A stretch of DNA of 63,506 bases, filler included, from Reclinomonas americana ATCC 50394 (Eukaryota), in NCBI GenBank assembly GCA_048213135.1. It is 6 parts of 3 records of this genome, joined end to end, with 100 filler letters (N's around TTAATTAATTAA, not from the genome) between each part and the next. Parts side by side here need not be neighbours in the genome. Positions count along the whole stretch, not along the records: positions 51,783 to 57,091 come from PS015716.1; positions 57,192 to 63,506 come from PS015718.1; 4 more parts are not named here. The stretch is one strand, 5' to 3'. This document shows positions 51,850 to 63,506 of this stretch, one piece after another (position 1 is the first letter of the stretch; each line of letters starts with the position of its first letter). Both the position numbers and the translations under genes were made by a program. The notes beneath the pieces were generated by a model. It was not told the origin of the DNA and made no database searches. It saw only the letters and a program-made list of their open reading frames with translations.

Positions 51850-52640
51850 ATTTGCATTCTCACCCTTCCCCTTTTCTTCTCCTTCTCCTTCGCTGACTAC
51901 GGTGCGTGTGGTATCTCAGACTCTATTTCGCCACATCTCCATCACTGTTCCTACTCCTTCCTCCTTTGCATTCTCGCCCTTCCCCTTTTCTTCCCCTTCT
52001 CTTCTTCGCTGACTATGGTGTGTGTATGGCATCGCAGACTCTATTTCGCCACATCTCCATCCTGCTCCTACTCTTTACTCCTTTGCATTTCCCCTTTCTT
52101 CCCCTTCTCCTTCGCTGACTTTGGTGTGTGTGGCATCTCGGATTCTCTTTCGCCACATCTCCATCACTGTTCCTACTCCTTCCTCCTTTGCATTCTCGCC
52201 CTTCCCCTTTTCTTCCCCTTCTCTTCTTTGCTGACTGTGGTGTGTGTGGTATCTCGTATTCTATCTCGCCACATATCTGTCACTATTCTTACTCTTTACT
52301 CATTTGCATTCTCACCTTTCCCTTGTCTTCCCCTTCTCCTTCGCTAACTTTGGTGTATGGCATCGCAGACCCTATCTCGCCACATATCTGTCACTATTCT
52401 TACTCCTTACTTCTTTGCATTCTCGCCCTTCCACTCTTCTTCCCCTTCTCCTTCGCTGACTTTGGTGTGAGGCATCTCGTATTCTCTTTCGCCACATCTC
52501 CATCACTGCTCCTACTCCTTTGCATTCTCGCCCTTCCCCTCTTCTTCCCCTTCTCCTTCGCTGATTTTGGCGTCGATTCTCATCTCTCAGATTTCCTTCT
52601 CGTTACTCACTTGCATTCTCGCCCTTCCCCTTGTCTTCCC
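51850..52640. repeat. About 100-120 bp tandem repeat (likely intronic)
   Basis: Recurring TCGCCACATCTCCATCACTGTTCCTACTCC...TTTGCATTCTCGCCCTTCCCC...CTTCGCTGAC. Confidence 0.85.
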
Positions 52641-52703
52641 CTCTTCCTCCCCTCTCCTTCCCCTTCCCGTTGTCTTCCCCTCTCCTTCCCCGTCTCCTTC
52701 CAG

Positions 52704-53603
52704 GTGTGGTGGTGCTGGAGACTGTTTGGTTGTACGGCAACGTATCGCTGTCGAAGTTTATGCTGACCAATACGGGCACTGGCATGGAGGCTGCCAGCGG
52801 CGCTGTATTCTTTGTGTCGATGTTGGTGGTGGCGGTCATGATTCGGGAGGCACAGCGTACCACGCACCTCGGTCGTCCACTCTTTCTTGCCTTTGGTGGT
52901 CGATTTGCCGTCGCATGTTGCGTGTGCGATCTGCTGCTGTTGCTGTTGCTGCTGGGCGGTGATTGCAGAACTCACCATCCTCTCTCCCTGTTTGTGTGTG
53001 TGTGTGCACAGTGTACATTGTAGTGCTAGCTGTCTCCATTGGTGCCATGCCGTTCGAGGACATTGTTGCGTATCGGTATGGCTCTCTCTCTTTCCTTCTT
53101 GATCGAGCTCACCACTGCGCTGTGCGCTCCACAGGTGACGGAAAAGACACGCGCCGATCCCACATGGTAGGCGCCTGTAACCTCCAGCTTGATCCCCCCC
53201 GTCACGCTTCTCACTTTGGGAGCGTGTGCGCGCGCACAGGCCCACTGGTCAGCCAGACTCCACCGTGTCACTGTGGCAGATCGTATTCCACCTGTGCAAC
53301 ATTGTGCGGCTGGTGGCCGTGCTCATTGGCGCTTTCACGCTACGGAAGCACTTGCGAGCGTGGCTGGCGGCGACATTTGAGAGAGCAATGGCCAGTGCTG
53401 CCGAGGCCACACCGGCGCCAGGTGGACCATCTGCCAGTTCCGCACAGCGTGCTGGCCACTCGGTGCTTGGTGCCACGGGCGAAGCAGGCAATGGCCGTTT
53501 GTCTGTGTTGGGTCCGCGTACCACTGTGGAGATGCAAAAGTTGTCGCCTCACAAGGCAACCAAGCACACACTGCCAGCACTGCCACCAGCGGCGCCCCTG
53601 TAA
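52704..53603 (+). CDS. 3' part of a multi-pass membrane protein (7TM/GPCR-like possible)
   Basis: Hydrophobic exons VVVLETVWLYG, AVFFVSMLVVAVMI, VYIVVLAVSIG, IVFHLCNIVRLVAVLIGAFTLRKHL, followed by a polar tail. Confidence 0.55.
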
Positions 53604-53752
53604 ATGACCCTTTAATTTTGCATCTCCCACGATCGCTTGCTTCTCATCTCGTCTCTTTTTACCATCGACGCAAATTCATTTTTTCTTGCTGTACAGGCAC
53701 CACAGCTCCCTTCCTGCCTTTCCTCACAACAAAACATAACACAAACGGGCGA

Positions 53753-56700
53753 TCACGACTCGTCATCCGATTCGGATTCGTCGGAAGAGTCAAACATGCG
53801 CTTGTCGCGCTGCTCGGTGCGAGCGCCACTGATGGGTGGTGATGTTTGCTCTGCGCACATACACACACACATGTTCAAATGAGAAAAATACAACAGGGGT
53901 TTCGAGCACGCGCAACACATACCAGCTCTGTGCTCGTCGCGCTTGGCGTCCTGCAACCACCGCACGAAGCGGAAGAAGCGATCGATTGGCTCCTTGCGCG
54001 CACGAGCCAACATGGACAAGTAGTCCTCGGAGATCTGCGGCCGGAATCGCTCCACCAATCTGCGGCGCTGCTCGGCATCCATGCACTTGGCCTTGATGAG
54101 GCGAATCCTGTTATCGATGATGAGGAAACGTGAGTGCTCTGTTGCTCCGCGCGTCACCAGGCTGCACATACCACGACCGGCGAGTGAATTCCGTGTCGGC
54201 GCAGCACGAAAGCCGCCGATCCGTGTTGATAATGGTGAAACCGTACGGTGTGGTTTGACCCTTGATCGTCGCCAACGGCACAATCACTCGCGTCTCACCA
54301 TTCTGCACACACAGCGTGAGCAAGATAGATGACCATCATCAAAGAGTCCACGACAACGCCACGTACCACGAGTGCCATGGCACCGCGCTGCGTCTTCAAC
54401 GTGGAGTCCGTGTAGTAAAACAAATCCATGCCGCTAAGCACAAAGAACCGTCGCTTCCAGCTCTTCACCACCTTGCCGCGCTTCGTCAGCCATCCGCGTT
54501 TGGTGGCCGACGAAAGCACCGCTGCAGTCGTGCGGGATGAGTGCTCGAGGCACAACACCGAGCAGGGGTCACTGCTACAACGCAACTCAATTGCAGGGAG
54601 AGACGCTGCATCTTCTCCAGCACCAGTCGATCGAACAGGTCTGCACCAGTGCGTGTCATGCGGTCTTGAATGAACCACGCAAAAATCTGCGTGCTCAAAA
54701 AGTGCTCCATAAAGTCGCTGTGTTCCTCGTACTGCTCCTCCAAGAACCGTGTGTTGTCAAAGAGTTCCGCCGGCTCCGGGTCCTCCGGTGTCGGCCGAAT
54801 GATGCACTCGTCGTAGCGTTTGAACATGCTCACAAAAATCGCAATGAATCGCTTCCTCAAGCGCTGGCGAGATCATCTCGGTGAGATTACTGCAACACCT
54901 GTCTCTCTCTCTCTCTTTCTCAAGATTGCGCAGACGCAACATGAAGAGCTTTGGAGCTCGACGGCGAGTAGTCGGTGGCAGCTGCGGCAGCAGCGGCGGC
55001 CGCAGCAGCAGCCGAGGGCGACGGCGCCACACCCCCAGTGGGTGAGCCAGAGTAGGTGCGCAGTGGCAGCGCACTGGGAGCCGGTTCATCGCGGTCGCCA
55101 TTGGAGCTTCCAGCACGATGATAACTCGGAGTGGAGGACTGCGCGGAATCGGGCGACGGTGGCGTCGCTCTCGAGTGCGCAACCGCACTGCTGAGTGCCG
55201 AGGGCACATCTGGCGCTGACGACGACTCAGCGGCCTCATTCGCCGGCGGGCTCCCGGGACTGCGAGAGCCTGTATGCACACCGACAAAAAGTGAGTAAGC
55301 ACTTTGCGTATGGCACAACGCATTGTCACAGGACAACGAACCACTGCCGTTGGAGCGTGCCGGCGACACTTGCGAGTCACGCTGCAGCGCCTCGAGACGC
55401 GACGCCAGCAGCTCGGGTGGCGGGGCACCACCAGCACCGCTGCCGCTACCGATACTTCTCCGATGAATGGTGTGATTCAGGGGGAGGAGTCGAGGTGGCC
55501 GTCGATTGGTGGAATTGCGTCGGCGACCAGCGCGGCGCTCGTCCGCATCCGACGCTCGCAGCTCGTCATCGGAGAGCTCGTCATCCGAAATGTCGGTCGC
55601 AGTGGCAGCCGCCGAGGTAGTCGTCGGTGCCGGAGTGGCCAGAATCTGCGACACATGACACATATACACATGAGTGCAGTTCTCCAGCCATCTCTCTTCT
55701 TTGTCCCTCTCTCTCTCTCTCACGCACCGCTGTCCGGTCGGTCGTTCGGTGAGCAGATGACAGGTTTGGATCGCGGGAGGATTCCACCAGGCTTGCCGTG
55801 TCCGTGTCGGTGTGCTCGTCGTTGGAGACCGCATCTGTTCAACGAATGTCAGTATGCGCAGTCAAAAGGCAAATGCCACACGTCAAGCCGCACCAGAGGT
55901 CTCCGTCGCGACAGCAGTGGGCGGCGGGGTGTGCGGGTGGTCGTACGACGACATGTCGGAACCGGTGTCGTGGCGCGATTCCTCGGGTCGGTCGGCAAAC
56001 GGCGCAGATCGTCGTCGCCCGAGAGAACCACGACGTAATGGTACACTACACGAGAGTGTGCCAGCCGTCAGTGCCATTAGTTCAAGATGTAGTGAGGCAC
56101 GCCCTTCTCACCGACTGGGTTCACTTGCGTCGGATTCGACGGCGGTCATGCTCTGCAAGTGTCATCGACAGTGTGTGAGCAATGACTATTACCGCACAGT
56201 CACGGTATTGACTACGAACCCGCAACGAGGTGGCATTCAAGTTGAACTCGAGCACCGTTTCCTCCATAAAGGCGCCAGTCTCGTCATCGGAGTCACTCTC
56301 ATCCGTGCTGCTGTAGCCGTAGTCACCCTGGTGGCCATCTGCGTCAGTATCGCCGACGCCTTTCGCACATGTCAAATGACACAGACCTCCTCTTCTTCCG
56401 AGAGCGTACCCGAACCCGACGCTCGACCACCGCCTGCTGCCTTCACTCGAGCCGCTGATGCGCTCGGCGATTCGGCCACGGGACTCATGTTGTAGCGAGA
56501 GGACGCTCGTCCAGCAGCGACCTCCTGCTGTGCCTGCACAGGTCGGAAGAGGCGGTAGGCACCCTCCTCCAGCTGTGGGCATGTGAGGTCGGCAGGTGCA
56601 GCAGCTGGACTGCAGAACTGGAAGCGCTCCAGTTCCTGTACAGTCTCGCCCGTTAGGCAAGGGAGAGGAGAAAGGCCACCGTACACAGCGTGAGAGCAGT

Positions 56701-57050
56701 CCACGTACCTTGCGAATCTTCTTGACGTAGCGCGGCGGAAGAGTCTTGAGAATGTCGGGATGCTCCGACAGCAGCGCATTGGGCAGGAATACAGCATTCC
56801 GGTCCAAATCGACAATGATGGCCTGGAGGTGAGGTGAGTAAGCGAGTGAGAGATAGAGAATCAAGGCACGGCGTGACGGACGCACATGTTCGTGTGGAGT
56901 GTACGAGTTGAGGAACTCGCGATGCGTGCCCATCAGATACGGGAAAGGAGCTTGCAAGTACTCCATCATGATCTTGGGCAACAGCGGAATGTACACATGC
57001 GGCCACTCAAACGGATGCATGAGGCACAGCAACGACTCCGTGCACTGCGT
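53753..57050 (-). CDS. DENN-dDENN-PH domain protein (Rab GEF; 5'-partial)
   Basis: DENN core LLCLMHPFEWPHVYIPLLP...LQAPFPYLMG, IVDLD; dDENN FIAIFVSMFKRYD...FMEHFLSTQIFAWFIQDR; PH KRGWLTKRGKVVKSWKRRFFVL...LFYY...SW|IRLI. Confidence 0.88.
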
Positions 57051-57229
57051 ATTGAACACAATCAATAAAAACACACTTCATCGCTTGAATCNNNNNNNNN
57101 NNNNNNNNNNNNNNNNNNNNNNNNNNNNNNNNNNNTTAATTAATTAANNNNNNNNNNNNNNNNNNNNNNNNNNNNNNNNNNNNNNNNNNNNAAAAAAAAA
57201 CACTTGCATTTCTGTGACAATGCACATGC

Positions 57230-58213
57230 ACATACACAAACCTCGTCCACCACGTCCACCACCTCGCGACGACGGCGGCGTCGTTCCCGTCACATCGCCA
57301 CCCCGACGGAACCTGCATCACCACCACCACCATCAGCTGCAGAAAGCCCACAATAGCCACGCCTCGCACACGCTCACCGATCAAACGACGACGACTCGAC
57401 CGGCGATCCTCCGCTGCCTGCTCCGCCACCTCCACGACCACCACCAGGAATCGGTCGCCCACGCCCACCACCACCGCTGCTATTGCCTCCATAACCCCGG
57501 CGCGGCTCATTGGTGGTGAACCCATCGTCGTCCACCTCCTCTTCATCGCCGCCACCCGGCGAACCTGCAGTGGCAACAGCAGCCGCAGCAGCCGCCGCCT
57601 GACGCTGCGCCCGCACATCCTCCCATCGCGGCCGCGCTCCTTCCTCTGCAACCATGGCTGAGCAAAATGTCCCACCAACACACTCTCGCAAACACACACA
57701 CACACCTCGCTGACCACGACCAGCGCCAGTCGCCGCCGAGGAAGCAGCACCAACGCCGCCACCACCGCCACCACGTCCACGGCCTCCACGATAGTCGCTG
57801 CCTGCATTCTCGGGGCTGCCCAGAGCGCCATCGTCGCCACTTCGATGGCGCGCGCGGTACGCACCTTGCCCACCACCGCTGCCGCCTCCAGACGCATTGC
57901 TGCCGCCACCACTTGCAGAGAGCTTCTCCTCGCCACCACTCCCCAACGCAATGATCCCGCTGCCAGGAGCCATCAAAGTCGGCGAGAACGCCACCGGAAA
58001 CTGAGAGCGCTGTGTGCATGTGTGTGTAGAGAGAGAGAGAGCGTGTGTCAGTGGTCGCTTTGTCTCTCTCACTCGCGTGCGTGTGCAAACCTCGGAGACA
58101 AGCAGGGACTTGACATCGGGCGGGAGTGCAGAGAGTGCGGCCGGCACCGACTGCGGCGGGCGGAACAAGCCCAAGAGCTCCTCGCGACTAAACTTGCGTG
58201 ACTCGACGGACAT
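57230..58213 (-). CDS. GIGYF/Smy2-like protein N-terminus (3' end cut by gap)
   Basis: MSVESRKFSREELLGLF resembles the YxREELLxL 4E-binding N-terminal motif of GIGYF, followed by RGG-rich exons; no GYF domain is visible. Confidence 0.5.
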
Positions 58214-58288
58214 GTGTGTTGTTGTTTGCTCGTGTAGTGTGTGTGTTTGCGTTTCAGTCGACTGGTCATTCACTCTTTCGTGTGTTCA

Positions 58289-58744
58289 ATGGCGGGGCGC
58301 GCGGCTGTCTCACGCACTCTTGCGTTCCTGCGTGCGTCGCCTGTGATCAAGCTGCGGCCTGATGTCGAGGGCATGACAGTGGCGTATGCAAAGAAGGGCG
58401 CGGGCATGGCGGGCGCGAGGTGAGAGAGAGAGAGCAACAACAGTGTGACTGCCTCTGACACACACGCGCATGCAGGCACTTCTTGTATGAGGTGGTGCCC
58501 GTCATCAAGTTCCACAACGAGCAGGTGCGGACGCAGGTGGAGAAGTCGGCGACGAGCGACACTGCAGAGATCCGCGTGCATCTCAGTTGCGCACACACTC
58601 TCTCTGCGCACACACGCAGAGACTGACATTGTTGGTGTGCACACACACACAGAGGGAGGTCAGTCAGAGACGATTGCGGCCAAGGGCGTGAGTGCAGGCG
58701 ACATTCGACAGGCGCTGGTCAGCAAGTTCTCTCAACCACAATGA
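58289..58744 (+). CDS. Mitoribosomal mS25/L51/CI-B8 thioredoxin-fold protein
   Basis: MAGRAAVSRTLAFL...MTVAY...GAR|HFLYEVVPVIKFHNEQV...; follows the mS25 pattern RTL.YL...MTV.Y...GAR.F...P.I...N. Confidence 0.75.
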
Positions 58745-58784
58745 ACTGAATAGATCATCGCGTGTCAGTGTCAGTGTGTGAGAG

Positions 58785-60083
58785 ATGGCCAGTGGATCAG
58801 CAGCAGATGTGCAAGCCGCGGATCTCAGCAAGGAGTTTCAGCGACTGATGGCGCGTTGCCCGTGGAGTGAGGTACACACAGTGTGTCTTGCGTGCGCGTG
58901 TTGATGTGCATGCCCAACTCGCACGCTCTCTCTCTCAGTGGGAGGAGTTCTGCGCACACGTGACCACTGCCATCAAAGAGCGCGAGAAGCAACGATGTTA
59001 CGCACAAGAGGCGCACGCACGCAGGTTGATCGTTCCGCTCTCTCACTCTCTTCTCTGTCTGCAGTCGGCAACGATCGTCGCGTTCGTGTCATGGCCGATG
59101 TGAAGCGCGAGTTGCGGCGACTTGTGCCTGTCTCTGGCGAGGCACCCGATGAGCACATTCACTTCCTCGGCCTCGAGGAGGTTCGTCTCAGTCACTCCTC
59201 ATGATCCGAACATCGCCCCCTGACCTCTTTTCTCTCACAGTACGAGGGCTACACACCCGCCAACACCGCACACGTCGACAACTTCCTCTTCACCGACGAT
59301 GAGGTCGATGAGCTGGTGGAGGAGGGTCAAATGAGCCGCAACTACTGCTTGGATTGCGGATCGCGACGGTGTCGTCCCCTCAACTTTATCTCGCACTCGT
59401 TCAGTGAGGCGCAGCTGCGCTTCATCTTTGGTCCGCACTGCCTCGGCGATATCACCGGGAAGACTGTGGTCGATGTGGGATCGCGGCTGGGCATTACACT
59501 GTATGCTGTTGCGTGTTGCGGTGCTGCGTCATCGCCCCTTCACCACCACCGGCTCATGATTGTTTTTCCGCAGGGTCATGTGTACTCGCAAGCGCGGCTG
59601 CTGTGGGGCATTGAGATCAACCAGTACTGGGTGGATCTGACGGAGCGTGTGGCGCGCAAGTTCCACATGGAGGACCGTGTGAAGGCCACGCTGACGGATT
59701 TCTTTGCGGCGCCGACGGGCGAGGCCGAGGATTGTGTGGCGGCCGCCGACATTGTGATTATGCACAATGTGTTTGAGTTCTTTGTGGAGTCGACGGAAAA
59801 GTTGCGCGAGGCGTGGGATCGTGTACGGGATCGACTGTCGGCCAAGCCGGGTCTGCTGTTCTTGACGTCGCCGCCGTTGGAGGTGTCGCTGGAGAATGCC
59901 AAGGTGAGCAACAGGAGAAGAGTGCAGACCGAGTTGCCTTGTCCTCAAAACGCGTCGCAGTGCGAATGGTCGGTGGAGGACTGGCTGGAGGAGGTGCCAA
60001 TCACGCATCCACTGGCACTGGACGATTTCACAGGCGAAATGGAGCCACAGTGCACGGACATTTGCCTGTACCGAGTGCGATGA
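58785..60083 (+). CDS. Uncharacterised class I SAM-dependent methyltransferase with CxxC motif
   Basis: HVDNFLFTDDEVDELVEEGQMSRNYCLDCGS, motif I VVDVGSRLG, GIEIN, ADIVIMHNVFEFF. Confidence 0.8.
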
Positions 60084-60160
60084 ACGACACTTTTTACGTA
60101 GAAGAGCTCCCTCTCTCTCTCCCTCCCTCTCTATGGTGGCGCGAGAAAAATCATAAATCA

Positions 60161-61381
60161 TTAGTAGTAGATGGTACGTGTGCGATGGTGTGGCAGGAGG
60201 CTGTTGCCGGCGTTGAGCTCCTCGCCGAGTGTCCACATCAGCCAGTCGAGCTCCACCGACAGGATCTCGGCCTTTTTGAACTCGTCCACCGACGAGCGCA
60301 TCATCTCCACCACCTGCACCGTGGCCGCACGAATCTCAATCTCCTCCTCCGATCCACTGGCGATCTCCTGGTTGCCGTCGACTGCACCGACTGTCAAAAC
60401 ATGCAACTCCACCGAGGAAATGAAAACTATCGCTCACCTCGTGCGGCAAGATCGTCAGCATACACCAGCACACCCCACGTGCGCAGCAGCTGCGGCACTC
60501 GATAGTCGGCAAACATGGTCAGCTTCTCCATGTCGACAAACTCGCCAACGCCAGCCCCTCGAAACGCGCCCCACACATCGGCCACAAAGATCTGCGCCCG
60601 CTTGAGGAAAAACACCTGCCGACCGCCATAGATGGTGAAATCGGCAAAGCCCGGGAAGCGCGTGGCCATGGTGGTGGCCAGAGCAACGGCACTGCCCTTG
60701 GCCGACTGCACCAGCGTGGTCACACTGCTGCCAAACTGTTCGCGCAACACACGACCGACTTGTCGAATGAGCCGCACTCGCTCGTCCTCCACCGGCAACA
60801 CTCGACCCTTGTACCACTCCTCACGGAACCGTCGCACCGTCAACCGCTCCAGCTCCTCCGGGGCAAACTGACTCGCATCGCGTTGCATGGCCTCGCGCAG
60901 ACACCCACTCAAGAAATCATACTCAAACGCCGCCTCCGGTCCCTCCTCTGTGCCCCGCACACAATCAATCCCGCTGCATAAGTGCGTCATGTGTTGCGCT
61001 AACTGACCGACCTTGCGAGGGCCAGAAGCAAAAGTTGATCGTGTCGACCACCAGCAAGTGACGCAGAGTGTCCTCCGCACGATGCGCAGTGTCTGTGAAG
61101 TGGAAGTTGGCCGGATCCCAGGGCACACGCGGCAAGTAGCCACCGCGCTCACTCCGCGCACGTGCCTCGTCTACACAAGAGAGTGTGAGGCAGAGCACAT
61201 CGGACTCTGCGTGTGTGTGTGAGACAGAGAGGCAACCTGTGACAAAGAGTGTGGGATGCCGCTCCATCAGCTCACGCGCGCACGTCTGCAGCGCGTTTTG
61301 GTCGATGCGCACATGTCGGGCCTCGCGCATCACACGCGCTGTGCTGCCACACACGTCGAGAAGTGCCTCACAGTCTTCCAT
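60161..61381 (-). CDS. QNG1: Queuosine salvage protein (DUF2419/C9orf64)
   Basis: VVDTINFCFW, FPGFAD, FLKRAQIFVADVW, LTMFADYRVPQ, EIEIRAA, LDWLMW, PHHRTRTIYY*. Confidence 0.95.
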
Positions 61382-61845
61382 TGATAGAAAGCAAGTGCGG
61401 ATGGATGGTCAGTGGACCAATCTCTCTCACTCACACACACAATGAGTGGTGCGTGCTGAGAGTGTCTCGCTGTGTGTGTCTGTGTTCACGCGCGCATACA
61501 CACGCTTGTGCACTGCGCGCGCGTGTGCGTGTGTGAGAGATAGACAGAGAGGGCGCACGCAGTATGCGAGAGTGTGTACGAGTTGCAACGGGCATGACAC
61601 ACTTGCCCACAAACACGCTTGTCACTCAACACACACGCGCCTCTCTCTCTCTCTTTCTGTTTGTTGTGCACAGGGTACTTTGGTGGTGGTGGTGGCGACG
61701 GCGACAGTCTCGCGTCGTCGTCGGCGTTTTCCACGACTGGAAAGTACGTGGTGGCGCGATCGGCCGAGGGCGCTGTGCATTACTTTGCGCGAGGTGAGTC
61801 GCTTCTCTCACACATGAGAGACGCAGACACACACACACACACACA

Positions 61846-61884
<39 letters not shown>

Positions 61885-62025
61885 NNNNNNNNNNNNNNNN
61901 NNNNNNNNNNNNNNNNNNNNNNNNNNNNNNNNNNNNNNNNNNNNNNNNNNNNNNNNNNNNNNNNNNNNNNNNNNNNNNNNNNNNNNNNNNNTCGTCGTCG
62001 TCGTTCGTCGTCGTCGTACGTACGT

Positions 62026-62106
<81 letters not shown>

Positions 62107-62178
62107 TGTGTGTGTGTGTGTGCACGCGCGCGTAAGAGAGCAAATCAACATGCACGCCACAACACGCCGTGTCGCCAA

Positions 62179-62696
62179 CCTTCTCCTGCAGCGCACTAAT
62201 GACACCGGTCTTTTGTGCACTCTCCTTCTCAAAGCCACGGATCTTGGCCTCCTTAATGGCGCTGTCGGTCTCCAGCAACCGTACCTTGTGCTCCAACCGA
62301 TCACGTTCCTGCAAAGCGCGAGTGAATACTCTCGGGAGACTGATGTGGACGTGACGTCATTATGCACCTCCAAATCCTCGTGCACACTGCGGAACTCGTC
62401 TTCGGTGAGCACATAACTGCGCTCACGATTCGGTCCCTCAATCACTTTTGCCAGCTGATGGTGTGTGCGTGCGTGTGTGCGTAAGGCACTGCTAGCAGCG
62501 CGGAGGGGGAGCGCGCAAGAGAGAGACATACCCGCGTGCCACTTCGTCGAATCGTCGACGAGCCACCCGACGACGACAAGATTCGCGACGACGACGATCG
62601 AAGCACGGCCTCTGTCATCGGACTGCTTTGCGCCGACGACAACCGTGACGATGAAAATCCCGGCGACAACGACTCGAGCGAAAATGGTTGCTTCAC
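62179..62696 (-). CDS. Partial coiled-coil protein
   Basis: Exons LAKVIEGPNRERSYVLTEDEFRSVHEDLEVHND|ERDRLEHKVRLLETDSAIKEAKIRGFEKE with GT-AG boundaries. Confidence 0.45.
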
Positions 62697-63413
62697 AAAA
62701 TGACGTGGCGCATCGTCGAAATCACTCGCCTGCCACGCAACACGTCAGCTCACCGCCTCTTTCACACGCGCCCCCACACACAAACAACCGCACCCGATGA
62801 ATGGGCGAACGCGATCGACGCGGCGATCGCGACGCATGCAATCGTCCATTCGTCAGCGAGGGCGACGGATCACTGTCGGCATGCACCAATGTCATGAACG
62901 CGCATGACCATTACACGAATCCATAACGCACACACACATACCGCTGTCGAAACGAGTCCAGATCGCCATCGCGACCGACGCCCTATCCATCACCACCAAC
63001 CAATAAGCTCACTACAACGAAAAAACTCAAATCGATCATCGTCCGCACCCACAACGAGCCGCGATCGCCGCCAGCGGCTGGTGAGTGCGTTGCACTGCCA
63101 CCATTCTCATGAAACTACACGCAGAAGCGAAATGAGGCCGATCGATCATCGAAACGGGCGATTATTCGAAAAACACACAAACGACGCAACACGCTGCGGC
63201 GATGACCTGCGCACAGAATCGCCACTAAAGCAAGTAAGAATAGAAGGATAAACATTCACCACAAGCGACGCGACACCTACACGCACCGTGCACTCGTCGG
63301 CACCGATCCATCGCCTGTGTGTGTGAGAGAGAGAGAGAGCGAGAGTGAATGAAGAGTGAGAGCGGGTATCGCGAATTCGTTCGGCAGTCGATAATCTCTT
63401 TGTGGTGTGCTCT

Positions 63414-63495
<82 letters not shown>

Positions 63496-63506
63496 GTCGT
63501 CGTCTC

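Noticed and set aside
61674..61793. Isolated exon-like segment GYFGGGG...AVHYFAR
   Set aside because: Plausible AG/GT-bounded exon but too short and cut by a gap to assign.

Overview
Intron-rich, microsatellite-rich genomic DNA from a eukaryote, probably a unicellular flagellate (CEP104 is present; the species cannot be named from this window). It has assembly gaps and artificial TTAATTAATTAA linkers, and most long ORFs in the track are microsatellite or antisense noise. Genes were rebuilt by joining exons at GT-AG sites. The main feature is a head-to-tail array (2.4-19.2 kb, minus strand) of five paralogues with the architecture: short N-terminal exon, ankyrin repeats, Pro-rich linker, coiled coil, RLK/Pelle/IRAK-type kinase. 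Scaffold and kinase are near-identical between copies, but the ankyrin repeats are hypervariable at the ligand-contacting positions randomised in DARPins. Copy 5 is an intact pseudokinase, two copies carry an N-myristoylation motif, and the copies are recombinational mosaics. This resembles a diversified intracellular immune-sensor kinase family (inference). The rest is mostly housekeeping: CHMP2/VPS2, RPL22, HSP10, CEP104, GGT, an LRR protein, a secreted Cys-rich EGF-like protein, SAPS/PPP6R, PP5, a DENN-PH protein, a GIGYF-like N-terminus, an mS25-like protein, a SAM methyltransferase and the queuosine salvage enzyme QNG1.
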